A stretch of DNA of 64,000 bases from Auanema rhodensis. Lineage: Eukaryota; Animalia; Nematoda. Positions 27,949 through 42,732 of the stretch are shown one piece after another (the stretch's first letter is position 1; each line of letters starts with the position of its first letter). Location of the stretch: NCBI GenBank assembly GCA_964057225.1, contig OZ059897.1, forward strand, positions 21,576,001-21,640,000. The letters are read 5' to 3'. Under the pieces are notes generated by a model. It searched no databases, had not been told where the DNA came from, and saw only the letters and a program-made list of their open reading frames with translations. Position numbers and translations under genes: made by a program.

Positions 27949-30900
27949 AAAATTAGATTCCCCATGTCCATATTAGTCTAAAAACAAATTTTTATTGATA
28001 TTGGTTCATGGTAACCATGACTTTGAAATTTACGTGAACTTTAATTTATGCTAATTAAATGTACACGTGATGTGCACTTGGTATGTAACTCGCTCCACGT
28101 GAAAGATAAAGAGATGCGGTTTTCAAAATTAGATTCCCCATGTCCATATTAGTCTAAAAACAAATTTTTATTGATATTGGTTCATGGTAACCATGACTTT
28201 GAAATTTACGTGAACTTTAATTTATGCTAATTAAATGTACACGTGATGTGCACTTGGTATGTAACTCGCTTCACGTGAAAGATAAAGAGATGCGGTTTTT
28301 AAAATTAGATTCCCCATGTCCATATTAGTCTAAAAACAAATTTTTATTGATATTGGTGCATGGTAACCATGACTTTGAAATTTACGTGAACTTTAATTTA
28401 TGCTCATTAAATGTACCCGTGATGTGCACTTGGTATGTAACTCGCTTCACGTGAAAGATAAAGAGATGCGGTTTTCAAAATTAGATTCCCCATCTCCATA
28501 TTAGTCTAAAAACAAATTTTTATTGATATTGGTGCATGGTAACCATGACTTTGAAATTTACGTGAACTTTAATTTATGCTAATTAAATGTACACGTGATG
28601 TGCACTTGGTATGTAACTCGCTTCACGTGAAAGATAAAGAGATGCGGTTTTCAAAATTAGATTCCCCATGTCCATATTAGTCTAAAAACAAATTTTTATT
28701 GATATTGGTTCATGGTAACCATGACTTTGAATATTACGTGAACTTTAATTTATGCTAATTGAATGTACACGTGATGTGCACTTGGTATGTAACTCGCTTC
28801 ACGTGAAAGATAAAGAGATGCGGTTTTCAAAATTAGATTCCCCATGTCCATATTAGTCTAAAAACAAATTTTTATTGATATTGGTTCATGGTAACCATGA
28901 CTTTGAATATTACGTGAACTTTAATTTATGCTAATTGAATGTACACGTGATGTGCACTTGGTATGTAACTCGCTTCACGTGAAAGATAAAGAGATGCGGT
29001 TTTCAAAATTAGATTCCCCATGTCCATATTAGTCTAAAAACAAATTTTTATTGATATTGGTTCATGGTAACCATGACTTTGAAATTTACGTGAACTTTAA
29101 TTTATGCTAATTAAATGTACACGTGATGTGCACTTGGTATGTAACTCGCTTCACGTGAAAGATAAAGAGATGCGGTTTTCAAAATTAGATTCCCCATGTC
29201 CATATTAGTCTAAAAACAAATTTTTATTGATATTGGTGCATGGTAACCATGACTTTGAAATTTACGTGAACTTTAATTTATGCTAATTAAATGTACACGT
29301 GATGTGCACTTGGTATGTAACTCGCTTCACGTAAAAGATGAAGAGATGCGGTTTTCAAAATTAGATTCCCCATGTCCATATTAGTCTAAAAACAAATTTT
29401 TATTGATATTGGTGCATGGTAACCATGACTTTGAAATTTACGTGAACTTTAATTTATGCTAATTAAATGTACACGTGATGTGCACTTGGTATGTAACTTG
29501 CTTCACGTGAAAGATCAAGAGATGCGGTTTTCAAAATTAGATTCCCCATGTCCATATTAGTCTAAAAACAAATTTTTATTGATATTGGTGCATGGTAACC
29601 ATGACTTTGAAATTTACGTGAACTTTAATTTATGCTAATTAAATGTACACGTGATGTGCACTTGGTATGTAACTCGCTTCACGTAAAAGATAAAGAGATT
29701 CGGTTCTCAAAATTAGATTCCCCATGTCCATATTAGTCTAAAAACAAATTTTTATTGATATTGGTGCATGGTAACCATGACTTTGAAATTTACGTGAACT
29801 TTAATTTATGCTAATTAAATGTACACGTGATGTGCACTTGGTATGTAACTCGCTTCACGTAAAAAATAAAGAGATGCGGTTTTCAAAATTAGATTCCCCA
29901 TGTCCATATTAGTCTAAAAACAAATTTTTATTGATATTGGTTCATGGTAACCATGACTTTGAAATTTACGTGAACTTTAATTTATGCTAATTAAATGTAC
30001 ACGTGATGTGCACTTGGTATGTAACTCGCTTCACGTGAAAGATAAAGAGATTCGGTTTTCAAAATTAGATTCCCCATGTCCATATTAGTCTAAAAACAAA
30101 TTTTTATTGATATTGGTGCATGGTAACCATGACTTTGAAATTTACGTGAACTTTAATTTATGCTAATTAAATGTACACGTGATGTGCACTTGGTATGTAA
30201 CTCGCTTCACGTAAAAAATAAAGAGATGCGGTTTTCAAAATTAGATTCCCCATGTCCATATTAGTTTAAAAACAAATTTTTATTGATATTGGTTCATGGT
30301 AACCATGACTTTGAAATTTACGTGAACTTTAATTTATGCTAATTAAATGTACACGTGATGTGCACTTGGTATGTAACTCGCTTCACGTGAAAGATAAAGA
30401 GATGCGGTTTTTAAAATTAGATTCCCCATGTCCATATTAGTCTAAAAACAAATTTTTATTGATATTGGTGCATGGTAACCATGACTTTGAAATTTACGTG
30501 AACTTTAATTTATGCTAATTAAATGTACACGTGATGTGCACTTGGTATGTAACTCGCTTCACGTAAAAGATGAAGAGATGCGGTTTTCAAAATTAGATTC
30601 CCCATGTCCATATTAGTCTAAAAACAAATTTTTATTGATATTGGTGCATGGTAACCATGACTTTGAAATTTACGTGAACTTTAATTTATGCTAATTAAAT
30701 GTACACGTGATGTGCACTTGGTATGTAACTCGCTTCACGTGAAAGATAAAGAGATGCGGTTTTCAAAATTAGATTCCCCATGTCCATATTAGTCTAAAAA
30801 CAAATTTTTATTGATATTGGTGCATGGTAACCATGACTTTGAAATTTACGTGAACTTTAATTTATGCTAATTAAATGTACACGTGATGTGCACTTGGTAT

Positions 30901-31644
30901 GTAACTCGCTTCACGTGAAAGATAAAGAGATGCGGTTTTCAAAATTAGATTCCCCATGTCCATATTAGTCTAAAAACAAATTTTTATTGATATTGGTTCA
31001 TGGTAACCATGACTTTGAATATTACGTGAACTTTAATTTATGCTAATTGAATGTACACGTGATGTGCACTTGGTATGTAACTCGCTTCACGTGAAAGATA
31101 AAGAGATGCGGTTTTCAAAATTAGATTCCCCATGTCCATATTAGTCTAAAAACAAATTTTTATTGATATTGGTTCATGGTAACCATGACTTTGAAATTTA
31201 CGTGAACTTTAATTTATGCTAATTAAATGTACACGTGATGTGCACTTGGTATGTAACTCGCTTCACGTGAAAGATCAAGAGATGCGGTTTTAAAAATTAG
31301 ATTCCCCATGTCCATATTAGTCTAAAAACAAATTTTTATTGATATTGGTGCATGGTAACCATGACTTTGAAATTTACGTGAACTTTAATTTATGCTAATT
31401 AAATGTACACGTGATGTGCACTTGGTATGTAACTCGCTTCACGTGAAAGATAAAGAGATTTGGTTTTCAAAATTAGATTCCCCATGTCCATATTAGTCTA
31501 AAAACAAATTTTTATTGATATTGGTGCATGGTAACCATGACTTTGAAATTTACGTGAACTTTAATTTATGCTAATTAAATGTACACGTGATGTGCACTTG
31601 GTATGTAACTCGCTTCACGTAAAAAATAAAGAGATGCGGTTTTC

Positions 31645-34600
31645 AAAATTAGATTCCCCATGTCCATATTAGTCTAAAAACAAATTTTTATTGATATTGG
31701 TTCATGGTAACCATGACTTTGAAATTTACGTGAACTTTAATTTATGCTAATTAAATGTACACGTGATGTGCACTTGGTATGTAACTCGCTTCACGTGAAA
31801 GATAAAGAGATTCGGTTTTCGAAATTAGATTCCCCATGTCCATATTAGTCTAAAAACAAATTTTTATTGATATTGGTTCATGGTAACCATGACTTTGAAT
31901 ATTACGTGAACGTTAATTTATGCTAATTGAATGTACACGTGATGTGCACTTGGTATGTAACTCGCTTCACGTGAAAGATGAAGAGATGCGGTTTTTAAAA
32001 TTAGATTCCCCATGTCCATATTAGTCTAAAAACAAATTTTTATTGATATTGGTTCATGGTAACCATGACTTTGAAATTTACGTGAACTTTAATTTATGCT
32101 AATTAAATGTACACGTGATGTGCACTTGGTATGTAACTCGCTTCACGTGAAAGATAAAGAGATGCGGTTTTCAAAATTAGATTCCCCATGTCCATATTAG
32201 TCTAAAAACAAATTTTTATTGATATTGGTTCATGGTAACCATGACTTTGAAATTTACGTGAACTTTAATTTATGCTAATTAAATGTACACGTGATGTGCA
32301 CTTGGTATGTAACTCGCTTCACGTGAAAGATAAAGAGATGCGGTTTTCAAAATTAGATTCCCCATGTCCATATTAGTCTAAAAACAAATTTTTATTGATA
32401 TTGGTGCATGGTAACCATGACTTTGAAATTTACGTGAACTTTAATTTATGCTAATTAAATGTACACGTGATGTGCACTTGGTATGTAACTCGCTTCACGT
32501 AAAAGATGAAGAGATGCGGTTTTCAAAATTAGATTCCCCATGTCCATATTAGTCTAAAAACAAATTTTTATTGATATTGGTGCATGGTAACCATGACTTT
32601 GAAATTTACGTGAACTTTAATTTATGCTAATTAAATGTACACGTGATGTGCACTTGGTATGTAACTCGCTTCACGTGAAAGATCAAGAGATGCGGTTTTC
32701 AAAATTAGATTCCCCATGTCCATATTAGTCTAAAAACAAATTTTTATTGATATTGGTGCATGGTAACCATGACTTTGAAATTTACGTGAACTTTAATTTA
32801 TGCTAATTAATTGTACACGTGATGTGCACTTGGTATGTAACTCGCTTCACGTGAAAGATAAAGAGATTCCGTTTTCAAAATTAGATTCCCCATGTCCATA
32901 TTAGTCTAAAAACAAATTTTTATTGATATTGGTGCATGGTAACCATGACTTTGAAATTTACGTGAACTTTAATTTATGCTAATTAAATGTACACGTGATG
33001 TGCACTTGGTATGTAACTCGCTTCACGTAAAAAATAAAGAGATGCGGTTTTCAAAATTAGATTCCCCATGTCCATATTAGTCTAAAAACAAATTTTTATT
33101 GATATTGGTTCATGGTAACCATGACTTTGAAATTTACGTGAACTTTAATTTATGCTAATTAAATGTACACGTGATGTGCACTTGGTATGTAACTCGCTTC
33201 ACGTGAAAGATAAAGAGATTCGGTTTTCGAAATTAGATTCCCCATGTCCATATTAGTCTAAAAACAAATTTTTATTGATATTGGTTCATGGTAACCATGA
33301 CTTTGAATATTACGTGAACGTTAATTTATGCTAATTGAATGTACACGTGATGTGCACTTGGTATGTAACTCGCTTCACGTGAAAGATAAAGAGATGCGGT
33401 TTTCAAAATTAGATTCCCCATGTCCATATTAGTCTAAAAACAAATTTTTATTGATATTGGTTCATGGTAACCATGACTTTGAAATTTACGTGAACTTTGA
33501 TTTATGCTAATTAAATGTACACGTGATGTGCACTTGGTATGTAACTCGCTTCACGTGAAAGATCAAGAGATGCGGTTTTCAAAATTAGATTCCCCATGTC
33601 CATATTAGTCTAAAAACAAATTTTTATTGATATTGGTGCATGGTAACCATGACTTTGAAATTTACGTGAACTTTAATTTATGCTAATTAAATGTACACGT
33701 GATGTGCACTTGGTATGTAACTCGCTTCACGTGAAAGATAAAGAGATGCGGTTTTCAAAATTAGATTCCCCATGTCCATATTAGTCTAAAAACAAATTTT
33801 TATTGATATTGGTTCATGGTAACCATGACTTTGAAATTTACGTGAACTTTAATTTATGCTAATTGAATTTACACGTGATGTGCACTTGGTATGTAACTCG
33901 CTTCACGTGAAAGATAAAAAGATGTGGTTTTCAAAATTAGATTCCCCATGTCCATATTAGTCTAAAAACAAATTTTTATTGATATTGGTTCATGGTAACC
34001 ATGACTTTGAAATTTACGTGAACTTTAATTTATGCTAATTAAATGTACACGTGATGTGCACTTGGTATGTAACTCGCTTCACGTGAAAGATAAAGAGATT
34101 CGGTTTTCGAAATTAGATTCCCCATGTCCATATTAGTCTAAAAACAAATTTTTATTGATATTGGTTCATGGTAACCATGACTTTGAATATTACGTGAACG
34201 TTAATTTATGCTAATTGAATGTACACGTGATGTGCACTTGGTATGTAACTCGCTTCACGTGAAAGATGAAGAGATGCGGTTTTTAAAATTAGATTCCCCA
34301 TGTCCATATTAGTCTAAAAACAAATTTTTATTGATATTGGTTCATGGTAACCATGACTTTGAAATTTACGTGAACTTTAATTTATGCTAATTAAATGTAC
34401 ACGTGATGTGCACTTGGTATGTAACTCGCTTCACGTGAAAGATAAAGAGATGCGGTTTTCAAAATTAGATTCCCCATGTCCATATTAGTCTAAAAACAAA
34501 TTTTTATTGATATTGGTTCATGGTAACCATGACTTTGAAATTTACGTGAACTTTAATTTATGCTAATTAAATGTACACGTGATGTGCACTTGGTATGTAA

Positions 34601-35868
34601 CTCGCTTCACGTGAAAGATAAAGAGATGCGGTTTTCAAAATTAGATTCCCCATGTCCATATTAGTCTAAAAACAAATTTTTATTGATATTGGTGCATGGT
34701 AACCATGACTTTGAAATTTACGTGAACTTTAATTTATGCTAATTAAATGTACACGTGATGTGCACTTGGTATGTAACTCGCTTCACGTAAAAGATGAAGA
34801 GATGCGGTTTTCAAAATTAGATTCCCCATGTCCATATTAGTCTAAAAACAAATTTTTATTGATATTGGTGCATGGTAACCATGACTTTGAAATTTACGTG
34901 AACTTTAATTTATGCTAATTAAATGTACACGTGATGTGCACTTGGTATGTAACTCGCTTCACGTGAAAGATCAAGAGATGCGGTTTTCAAAATTAGATTC
35001 CCCATGTCCATATTAGTCTAAAAACAAATTTTTATTGATATTGGTGCATGGTAACCATGACTTTGAAATTTACGTGAACTTTAATTTATGCTAATTAATT
35101 GTACACGTGATGTGCACTTGGTATGTAACTCGCTTCACGTGAAAGATAAAGAGATTCCGTTTTCAAAATTAGATTCCCCATGTCCATATTAGTCTAAAAA
35201 CAAATTTTTATTGATATTGGTGCATGGTAACCATGACTTTGAAATTTACGTGAACTTTAATTTATGCTAATTAAATGTACACGTGATGTGCACTTGGTAT
35301 GTAACTCGCTTCACGTAAAAAATAAAGAGATGCGGTTTTCAAAATTAGATTCCCCATGTCCATATTAGTCTAAAAACAAATTTTTATTGATATTGGTTCA
35401 TGGTAACCATGACTTTGAAATTTACGTGAACTTTAATTTATGCTAATTAAATGTACACGTGATGTGCACTTGGTATGTAACTCGCTTCACGTGAAAGATA
35501 AAGAGATTCGGTTTTCGAAATTAGATTCCCCATGTCCATATTAGTCTAAAAACAAATTTTTATTGATATTGGTTCATGGTAACCATGACTTTGAATATTA
35601 CGTGAACGTTAATTTATGCTAATTGAATGTACACGTGATGTGCACTTGGTATGTAACTCGCTTCACGTGAAAGATAAAGAGATGCGGTTTTCAAAATTAG
35701 ATTCCCCATGTCCATATTAGTCTAAAAACAAATTTTTATTGATATTGGTTCATGGTAACCATGACTTTGAAATTTACGTGAACTTTGATTTATGCTAATT
35801 AAATGTACACGTGATGTGCACTTGGTATGTAACTCGCTTCACGTGAAAGATCAAGAGATGCGGTTTTC
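31645..35868 (+). repeat. Duplication of 11 monomers at a 13-monomer (2288-bp) offset
   Basis: Private GATTCCG at 32870 and 35158; TAATTGTAC, GAACGTT and CTTTGATT variants repeat at the same offset. Confidence 0.85.
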
Positions 35869-38800
35869 AAAATTAGATTCCCCATGTCCATATTAGTCTA
35901 AAAACAAATTTTTATTGATATTGGTGCATGGTAACCATGACTTTGAAATTTACGTGAACTTTAATTTATGCTAATTAAATGTACACGTGATGTGCACTTG
36001 GTATGTAACTCGCTTCACGTGAAAGATAAAGAGATTCGGTTTTCAAAATTAGATTCCCCATGTCCATATTAGTCTAAAAACAAATTTTTATTGATATTGG
36101 TGCATGGTAACCATGACTTTGAAATTTACGTGAACTTTAATTTATGCTAATTAAATGTACACGTGATGTGCACTTGGTATGTAACTCGCTTCACGTAAAA
36201 GATGAAGAGATGCGGTTTTCAAAATTAGATTCCCCATGTCCATATTAGTCTAAAAACAAATTTTTATTGATATTGGTGCATGGTAACCATGACTTTGAAA
36301 TTTACGTGAACTTTAATTTATGCTAATTAAATGTACACGTGATGTGCACTTGGTATGTAACTCGCTTCACGTGAAAGATCAAGAGATGCGGTTTTCAAAA
36401 TTAGATTCCCCATGTCCATATTAGTCTAAAAACAAATTTTTATTGATATTGGTGCATGGTAACCATGACTTTGGAATTTACGTGAACTTTAATTTATGCT
36501 AATTAAATGTACACGTGATGTGCACTTGGTATGTAACTCGCTTCACGTGAAAGATAAAGAGATTCGGTTTTCAAAATTAGATTCCCCATGTCCATATTAG
36601 TCTAAAAACAAATTTTTATTGATATTGGTGCATGGTAACCATGACTTTGAAATTTACGTGAACTTTAATTTATGCTAATTAAATGTACACGTGATGTGCA
36701 CTTGGTATGTAACTCGCTTCACGTAAAAAATAAAGAGATGCGGTTTTCAAAATTAGATTCCCCATGTCCATATTAGTCTAAAAACAAATTTTTATTGATA
36801 TTGGTTCATGGTAACCATGACTTTGAAATTTACGTGAACTTTAATTTATGCTAATTAAATGTACACGTGATGTGCACTTGGTATGTAACTCGCTTCACGT
36901 GAAAGATAAAGAGATTCGGTTTTCAAAATTAGATTCCCCATGTCCATATTAGTCTAAAAACAAATTTTTATTGATATTGGTTCATGGTAACCATGACTTT
37001 GAAATTTACGTGAACTTTAATTTATGCTAATTAAATGTACACGTGATGTGCACTTGGTATGTAACTCGCTTCACGTGAAAGATAAAGAGATGCGGTTTTC
37101 AAAATTAGATTCCCCATGTTCATATTAGTCTAAAAACAAATTTTTATTGATATTGGTTCATGGTAACCATGACTTTGAATATTACGTGAACTTTAATTTA
37201 TGCTAATTGAATGTACACGTGATGTGCACTTGGTATGTAACTCGCTTCACGTGAAAGATAAAGAGATGCGGTTTTCAAAATTAGATTCCCCATGTCCATA
37301 TTAGTCTAAAAACAAATTTTTATTGATATTGGTTCATGGTAACCATGACTTTGAAATTTACGTGAACTTTAATTTATGCTAATTAAATGTACACGTGATG
37401 TGCACTTGGTATGTAACTCGCTTCACGTAAAAGATGAAGAGATGCGGTTTTCAAAATTAGATTCCCCATGTCCATATTAGTCTAAAAACAAATTTTTATT
37501 GATATTAGTGCATGGTAACCATGACTTTGAAATTTACGTGAACTTTAATTTATGCTAATTAAATGTACACGTGATGTGCACTTGGTATGTAACTCGCTTC
37601 ACGTGAAAGATAAAGAGATGCGGTTTTCAAAATTAGATTCCCCATGTCCATATTAGTTTAAAAACAAATTTTTATTGATATTGGTTCATGGTAACCATGA
37701 CTTTGAAATTTACGTGAACTTTAATTTATGCTAATTAAATGTACACGTGATGTGCACTTGGTATGTAACTCGCTTCACGTGAAAGATAAAGAGATGCGGT
37801 TTTCAAAATTAGATTCCCCATGTCCATATTAGTCTAAAAACAAATTTTTATTGATATTGGTGCATGGTAACCATGACTTTGAAATTTACGTGAACTTTAA
37901 TTTATGCTAATTAAATGTACACGTGATGTGCACTTGGTATGGAACTCGCTTCACGTAAAAGATAAAGAGATGCGGTTTTCAAAAATAGATTCCCCATGTC
38001 CATATTAGTCTAAAAACAAATTTTTATTGATATTGGTTCATGGTAACCATGACTTTGAAATTTACGTGAACTTTAATTTATGCTAATTAAATGTACACGT
38101 GATGTGCACTTGGTATGTAACTCGCTTCACGTGAAAGATGAAGAGATGCGGTTTTCAAAATTAGATTCCCCATGTCCATATTAGTCTAAAAACAAATTTT
38201 TATTGATATTGGTGCATGGTAACCATGACTTTGAAATTTACGTGAACTTTAATTTATGCTAATTAAATGTACACGTGATGTGCACTTGGTATGTAACTCG
38301 CTTCACGTGAAAGATAAAGAGATGCGGTTTTCAAAATTAGATTCCCCATGTCCATATTAGTCTAAAAACAAATTTTTATCGATATTGGTTCATGGTAACC
38401 ATGACTTTGAAATTTACGTGAACTTTAATTTATGCTAATTAAATGTACACGTGATGTGCACTTGGTATGTAACTCGCTTCACGTGAAAGATAAAGAGATG
38501 CGGTTTTCAAAATTAGATTCCCCATGTCCATATTAGTCTAAAAACAAATTTTTATTGATATTGGTGCATGGTAACCATGACTTTGAAATTTACGTGAACT
38601 TTAATTTATGCTAATTAAATGTACACGTGATGTGCACTTGGTATGTAACTCGCTTCACGTGAAAGATAAAGAGATGCGGTTTTCAAAATTAGATTCCCCA
38701 TGTCCATATTAGTCTAAAAACAAATTTTTATTGATATTGGTTCATGGTAACCATGACTTTGAAATTTACGTGAACTTTAATTTATGCTAATTAAATGTAC

Positions 38801-40620
38801 ACGTGATGTGCACTTGGTATGTAACTCGCTTCACGTGAAAGATGAAGAGATGCGGTTTTCAAAATTAGATTCCCCATGTCCATATTAGTCTAAAAACAAA
38901 TTTTTATTGATATTGGTTCATGGTAACCATGACTTTGAAATTTACGTGAACTTTAATTTATGCTAATTAAATGTACACGTGATGTGCACTTGGTATGTAA
39001 CTCGCTTCACGTGAAAGATAAAGAGATGCGGTTTTCAAAATTAGATTCCCCATGTCCATATTAGTTTAAAAACAAATTTTTATTGATATTGGTTCATGGT
39101 AACCATGACTTTGAAATTTACGTGAACTTTAATTTATGCTAATTAAATGTACACGTGATGTGCACTTGGTATGTAACTCGCTTCACGTGAAAGATAAAGA
39201 GATGCGGTTTTTAAAATTAGATTCCCCATGTCCATATTAGTCTAAAAACAAATTTTTATTGATATTGGTGCATGGTAACCATGACTTTGAAATTTACGTG
39301 AACTTAAATTTATGCTAATTAAATGTACACGTGATGTGCACTTGGTATGTAACTCGCTTCACGTGAAAGATAAAGAGATGCGGTTTTCAAAATTAGATTC
39401 CCCATGTCCATATTAGTCTAAAAACAAATTTTTATTGATATTGGTTCATGGTAACCATGACTTTGAAATTTACGTGAACTTTAATTTATGCTAATTAAAT
39501 GTACACGTGATGTGCACTTGGTATGTAACTCGCTTCACGTGAAAGATAAAGAGATTCGGTTTTCAAAATTAGATTCCCCATGTCCATATTAGTCTAAAAA
39601 CAAATTTTTATTGATATTGGTGCATGGTAACCATGACTTTGAAATTTACGTGAACTTAAATTTATGCTAATTAAATGTACACGTGATGTGCACTTGGTAT
39701 GTAACTCGCTTCACGTGAAAGATGAAGAGATGCGGTTTTCAAAATTAGATTCCCCATGTCCATATTAGTCTAAGAACAAATTTTTATTGATATTGGTTCA
39801 TGGTAACCATGACTTTGAAATTTACGTGAACTTTAATTTATGCTAATTAAATGTACACGTGATGTGCACTTGGTATGTAACTCGCTTCACGTGAAAGATG
39901 AAGAGATGCGGTTTTCAAAATTAGATTCCCCATGTCCATATTAGTTTAAAAACAAATTTTTATTGATATTGGTTCATGGTAACCATGACTTTGAAATTTA
40001 CGTGAACTTTAATTTATGCTAATTAAATGTACACGTGATGTGCACTTGGTATGTAACTCGCTTCACGTGAAAGATAAAGAGATGCGGTTTTTAAAATTAG
40101 ATTCCCCATGTCCATATTAGTCTAAAAACAAATTTTTATTGATATTGGTGCATGGTAACCATGACTTTGAAATTTACGTGAACTTTAATTTATGCTAATT
40201 AAATGTACACGTGATGTGCACTTGGTATGTAACTCGCTTCACGTGAAAGATAAAGAGATGCGGTTTTCAAAATTATATTCCCCATGTCCATATTAGTCTA
40301 AAAACAAATTTTTATTGATATTGGTGCATGGTAACCATGACTTTGAAATTTACGTGAACTTTAATTTGTGCTAATTAAATGTACACGTGATGTGCACTTG
40401 GTATGTAACTCGCTTCACGTGAAAGATAAAGAGATTCGGTTTTCAAAATTAGATTCCCCATGTCCATATTAGTCTAAAAACAAATTTTTATTGATATTGG
40501 TGCATGGTAACCATGACTTTGAAATTTACGTGAACTTAAATTTATGCTAATTAAATGTACACGTGATGTGCACTTGGTATGTAACTCGCTTCACGTGAAA
40601 GATAAAGAGATGCGGTTTTC

Positions 40621-42732
40621 AAAATTAGATTCCCCATGTCCATATTAGTCTAAAAACAAATTTTTATCGATATTGGTTCATGGTAACCATGACTTTGAAA
40701 TTTACGTGAACTTTAATTTATGCTAATTAAATGTACACGTGATGTGCACTTGGTATGTAACTCGCTTCACGTGAAAGATAAAGAGATGCGGTTTTCAAAA
40801 TTAGATTCCCCATGTCCATATTAGTCTAAAAACAAATTTTTATCGATATTGGTTCATGGTAACCATGACTTTGAAATTTACGTGAACTTTAATTTATGCT
40901 AATTAAATGTACACGTGATGTGCACTTGGTATCTAACTCGCTTCACGTGAAAGATAAAGAGATGCGGTTTTCAAAATTATATTCCCCATGTCCATATTAG
41001 TCTAAAAACAAATTTTTATTGATATTGGTGCATGGTAACCATGACTTTGAAATTTACGTGAACTTTAATTTGTGCTAATTAAATGTACACGTGATGTGCA
41101 CTTGGTATGTAACTCGCTTCACGTGAAAGATAAAGAGATGCGGTTTTCAAAATTAGATTCCCCATGTCCATATTAGTCTAAAAACAAATTTTTATTGATA
41201 TTGGTGCATGGTAACCATGACTTTGAAATTTACGTGAACTTTAATTTATGCTAATTAAATGTACACGTGATGTGCACTTGGTATGTAACTCGCTTCACGT
41301 AAAAGATAAAGAGATGCGGTTTTCAAAATTAGATTCCCCATGTCCATATTAGTCTAAAAACAAATTTTTATCGATATTGGTTCATGGTAACCATGACTTT
41401 GAAATTTACGTGAACTTTAATTTATGCTAATTAAATGTACACGTGATGTGCACTTGGTATCTAACTCGCTTCACGTGAAAGATAAAGAGATGCGGTTTTC
41501 AAAATTATATTCCCCATGTCCATATTAGTCTAAAAACAAATTTTTATTGATATTGGTGCATGGTAACCATGACTTTGAAATTTACGTGAACTTTAATTTG
41601 TGCTAATTAAATGTACACGTGATGTGCACTTGGTATGTAACTCGCTTCACGTGAAAGATAAAGAGATGCGGTTTTCAAAATTAGATTCCCCATGTCCATA
41701 TTAGTCTAAAAACAAATTTTTATCGATATTGGTTCATGGTAACCATGACTTTGAAATTTACGTGAACTTTAATTTATGCTAATTAAATGTACACGTGATG
41801 TGCACTTGGTATGTAACTCGCTTCACGTGAAAGATAAAGAGATGCGGTTTTCAAAATTAGATTCCCCATGTCCATATTAGTCTAAAAACAAATTTTTATC
41901 GATATTGGTTCATGGTAACCATGACTTTGAAATTTACGTGAACTTTAATTTATGCTAATTAAATGTACACGTGATGTGCACTTGGTATCTAACTCGCTTC
42001 ACGTGAAAGATAAAGAGATGCGGTTTTCAAAATTATATTCCCCATGTCCATATTAGTCTAAAAACAAATTTTTATTGATATTGGTGCATGGTAACCATGA
42101 CTTTGAAATTTACGTGAACTTTAATTTGTGCTAATTAAATGTACACGTGATGTGCACTTGGTATGTAACTCGCTTCACGTGAAAGATAAAGAGATGCGGT
42201 TTTCAAAATTAGATTCCCCATGTCCATATTAGTCTAAAAACAAATTTTTATTGATATTGGTGCATGGTAACCATGACTTTGAAATTTACGTGAACTTTAA
42301 TTTATGCTAATTAAATGTACACGTGATGTGCACTTGGTATGTAACTCGCTTCACGTAAAAGATAAAGAGATGCGGTTTTCAAAATTAGATTCCCCATGTC
42401 CATATTAGTCTAAAAACAAATTTTTATCGATATTGGTTCATGGTAACCATGACTTTGAAATTTACGTGAACTTTAATTTATGCTAATTAAATGTACACGT
42501 GATGTGCACTTGGTATCTAACTCGCTTCACGTGAAAGATAAAGAGATGCGGTTTTCAAAATTATATTCCCCATGTCCATATTAGTCTAAAAACAAATTTT
42601 TATTGATATTGGTGCATGGTAACCATGACTTTGAAATTTACGTGAACTTTAATTTGTGCTAATTAAATGTACACGTGATGTGCACTTGGTATGTAACTCG
42701 CTTCACGTGAAAGATAAAGAGATGCGGTTTTC
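40621..42732 (+). repeat. Tandem duplication of a 6-monomer unit (1056 bp x2)
   Basis: Identical variant order in both copies, including CACGTAAAAGATAAA at 41301 and 42357. Confidence 0.85.
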
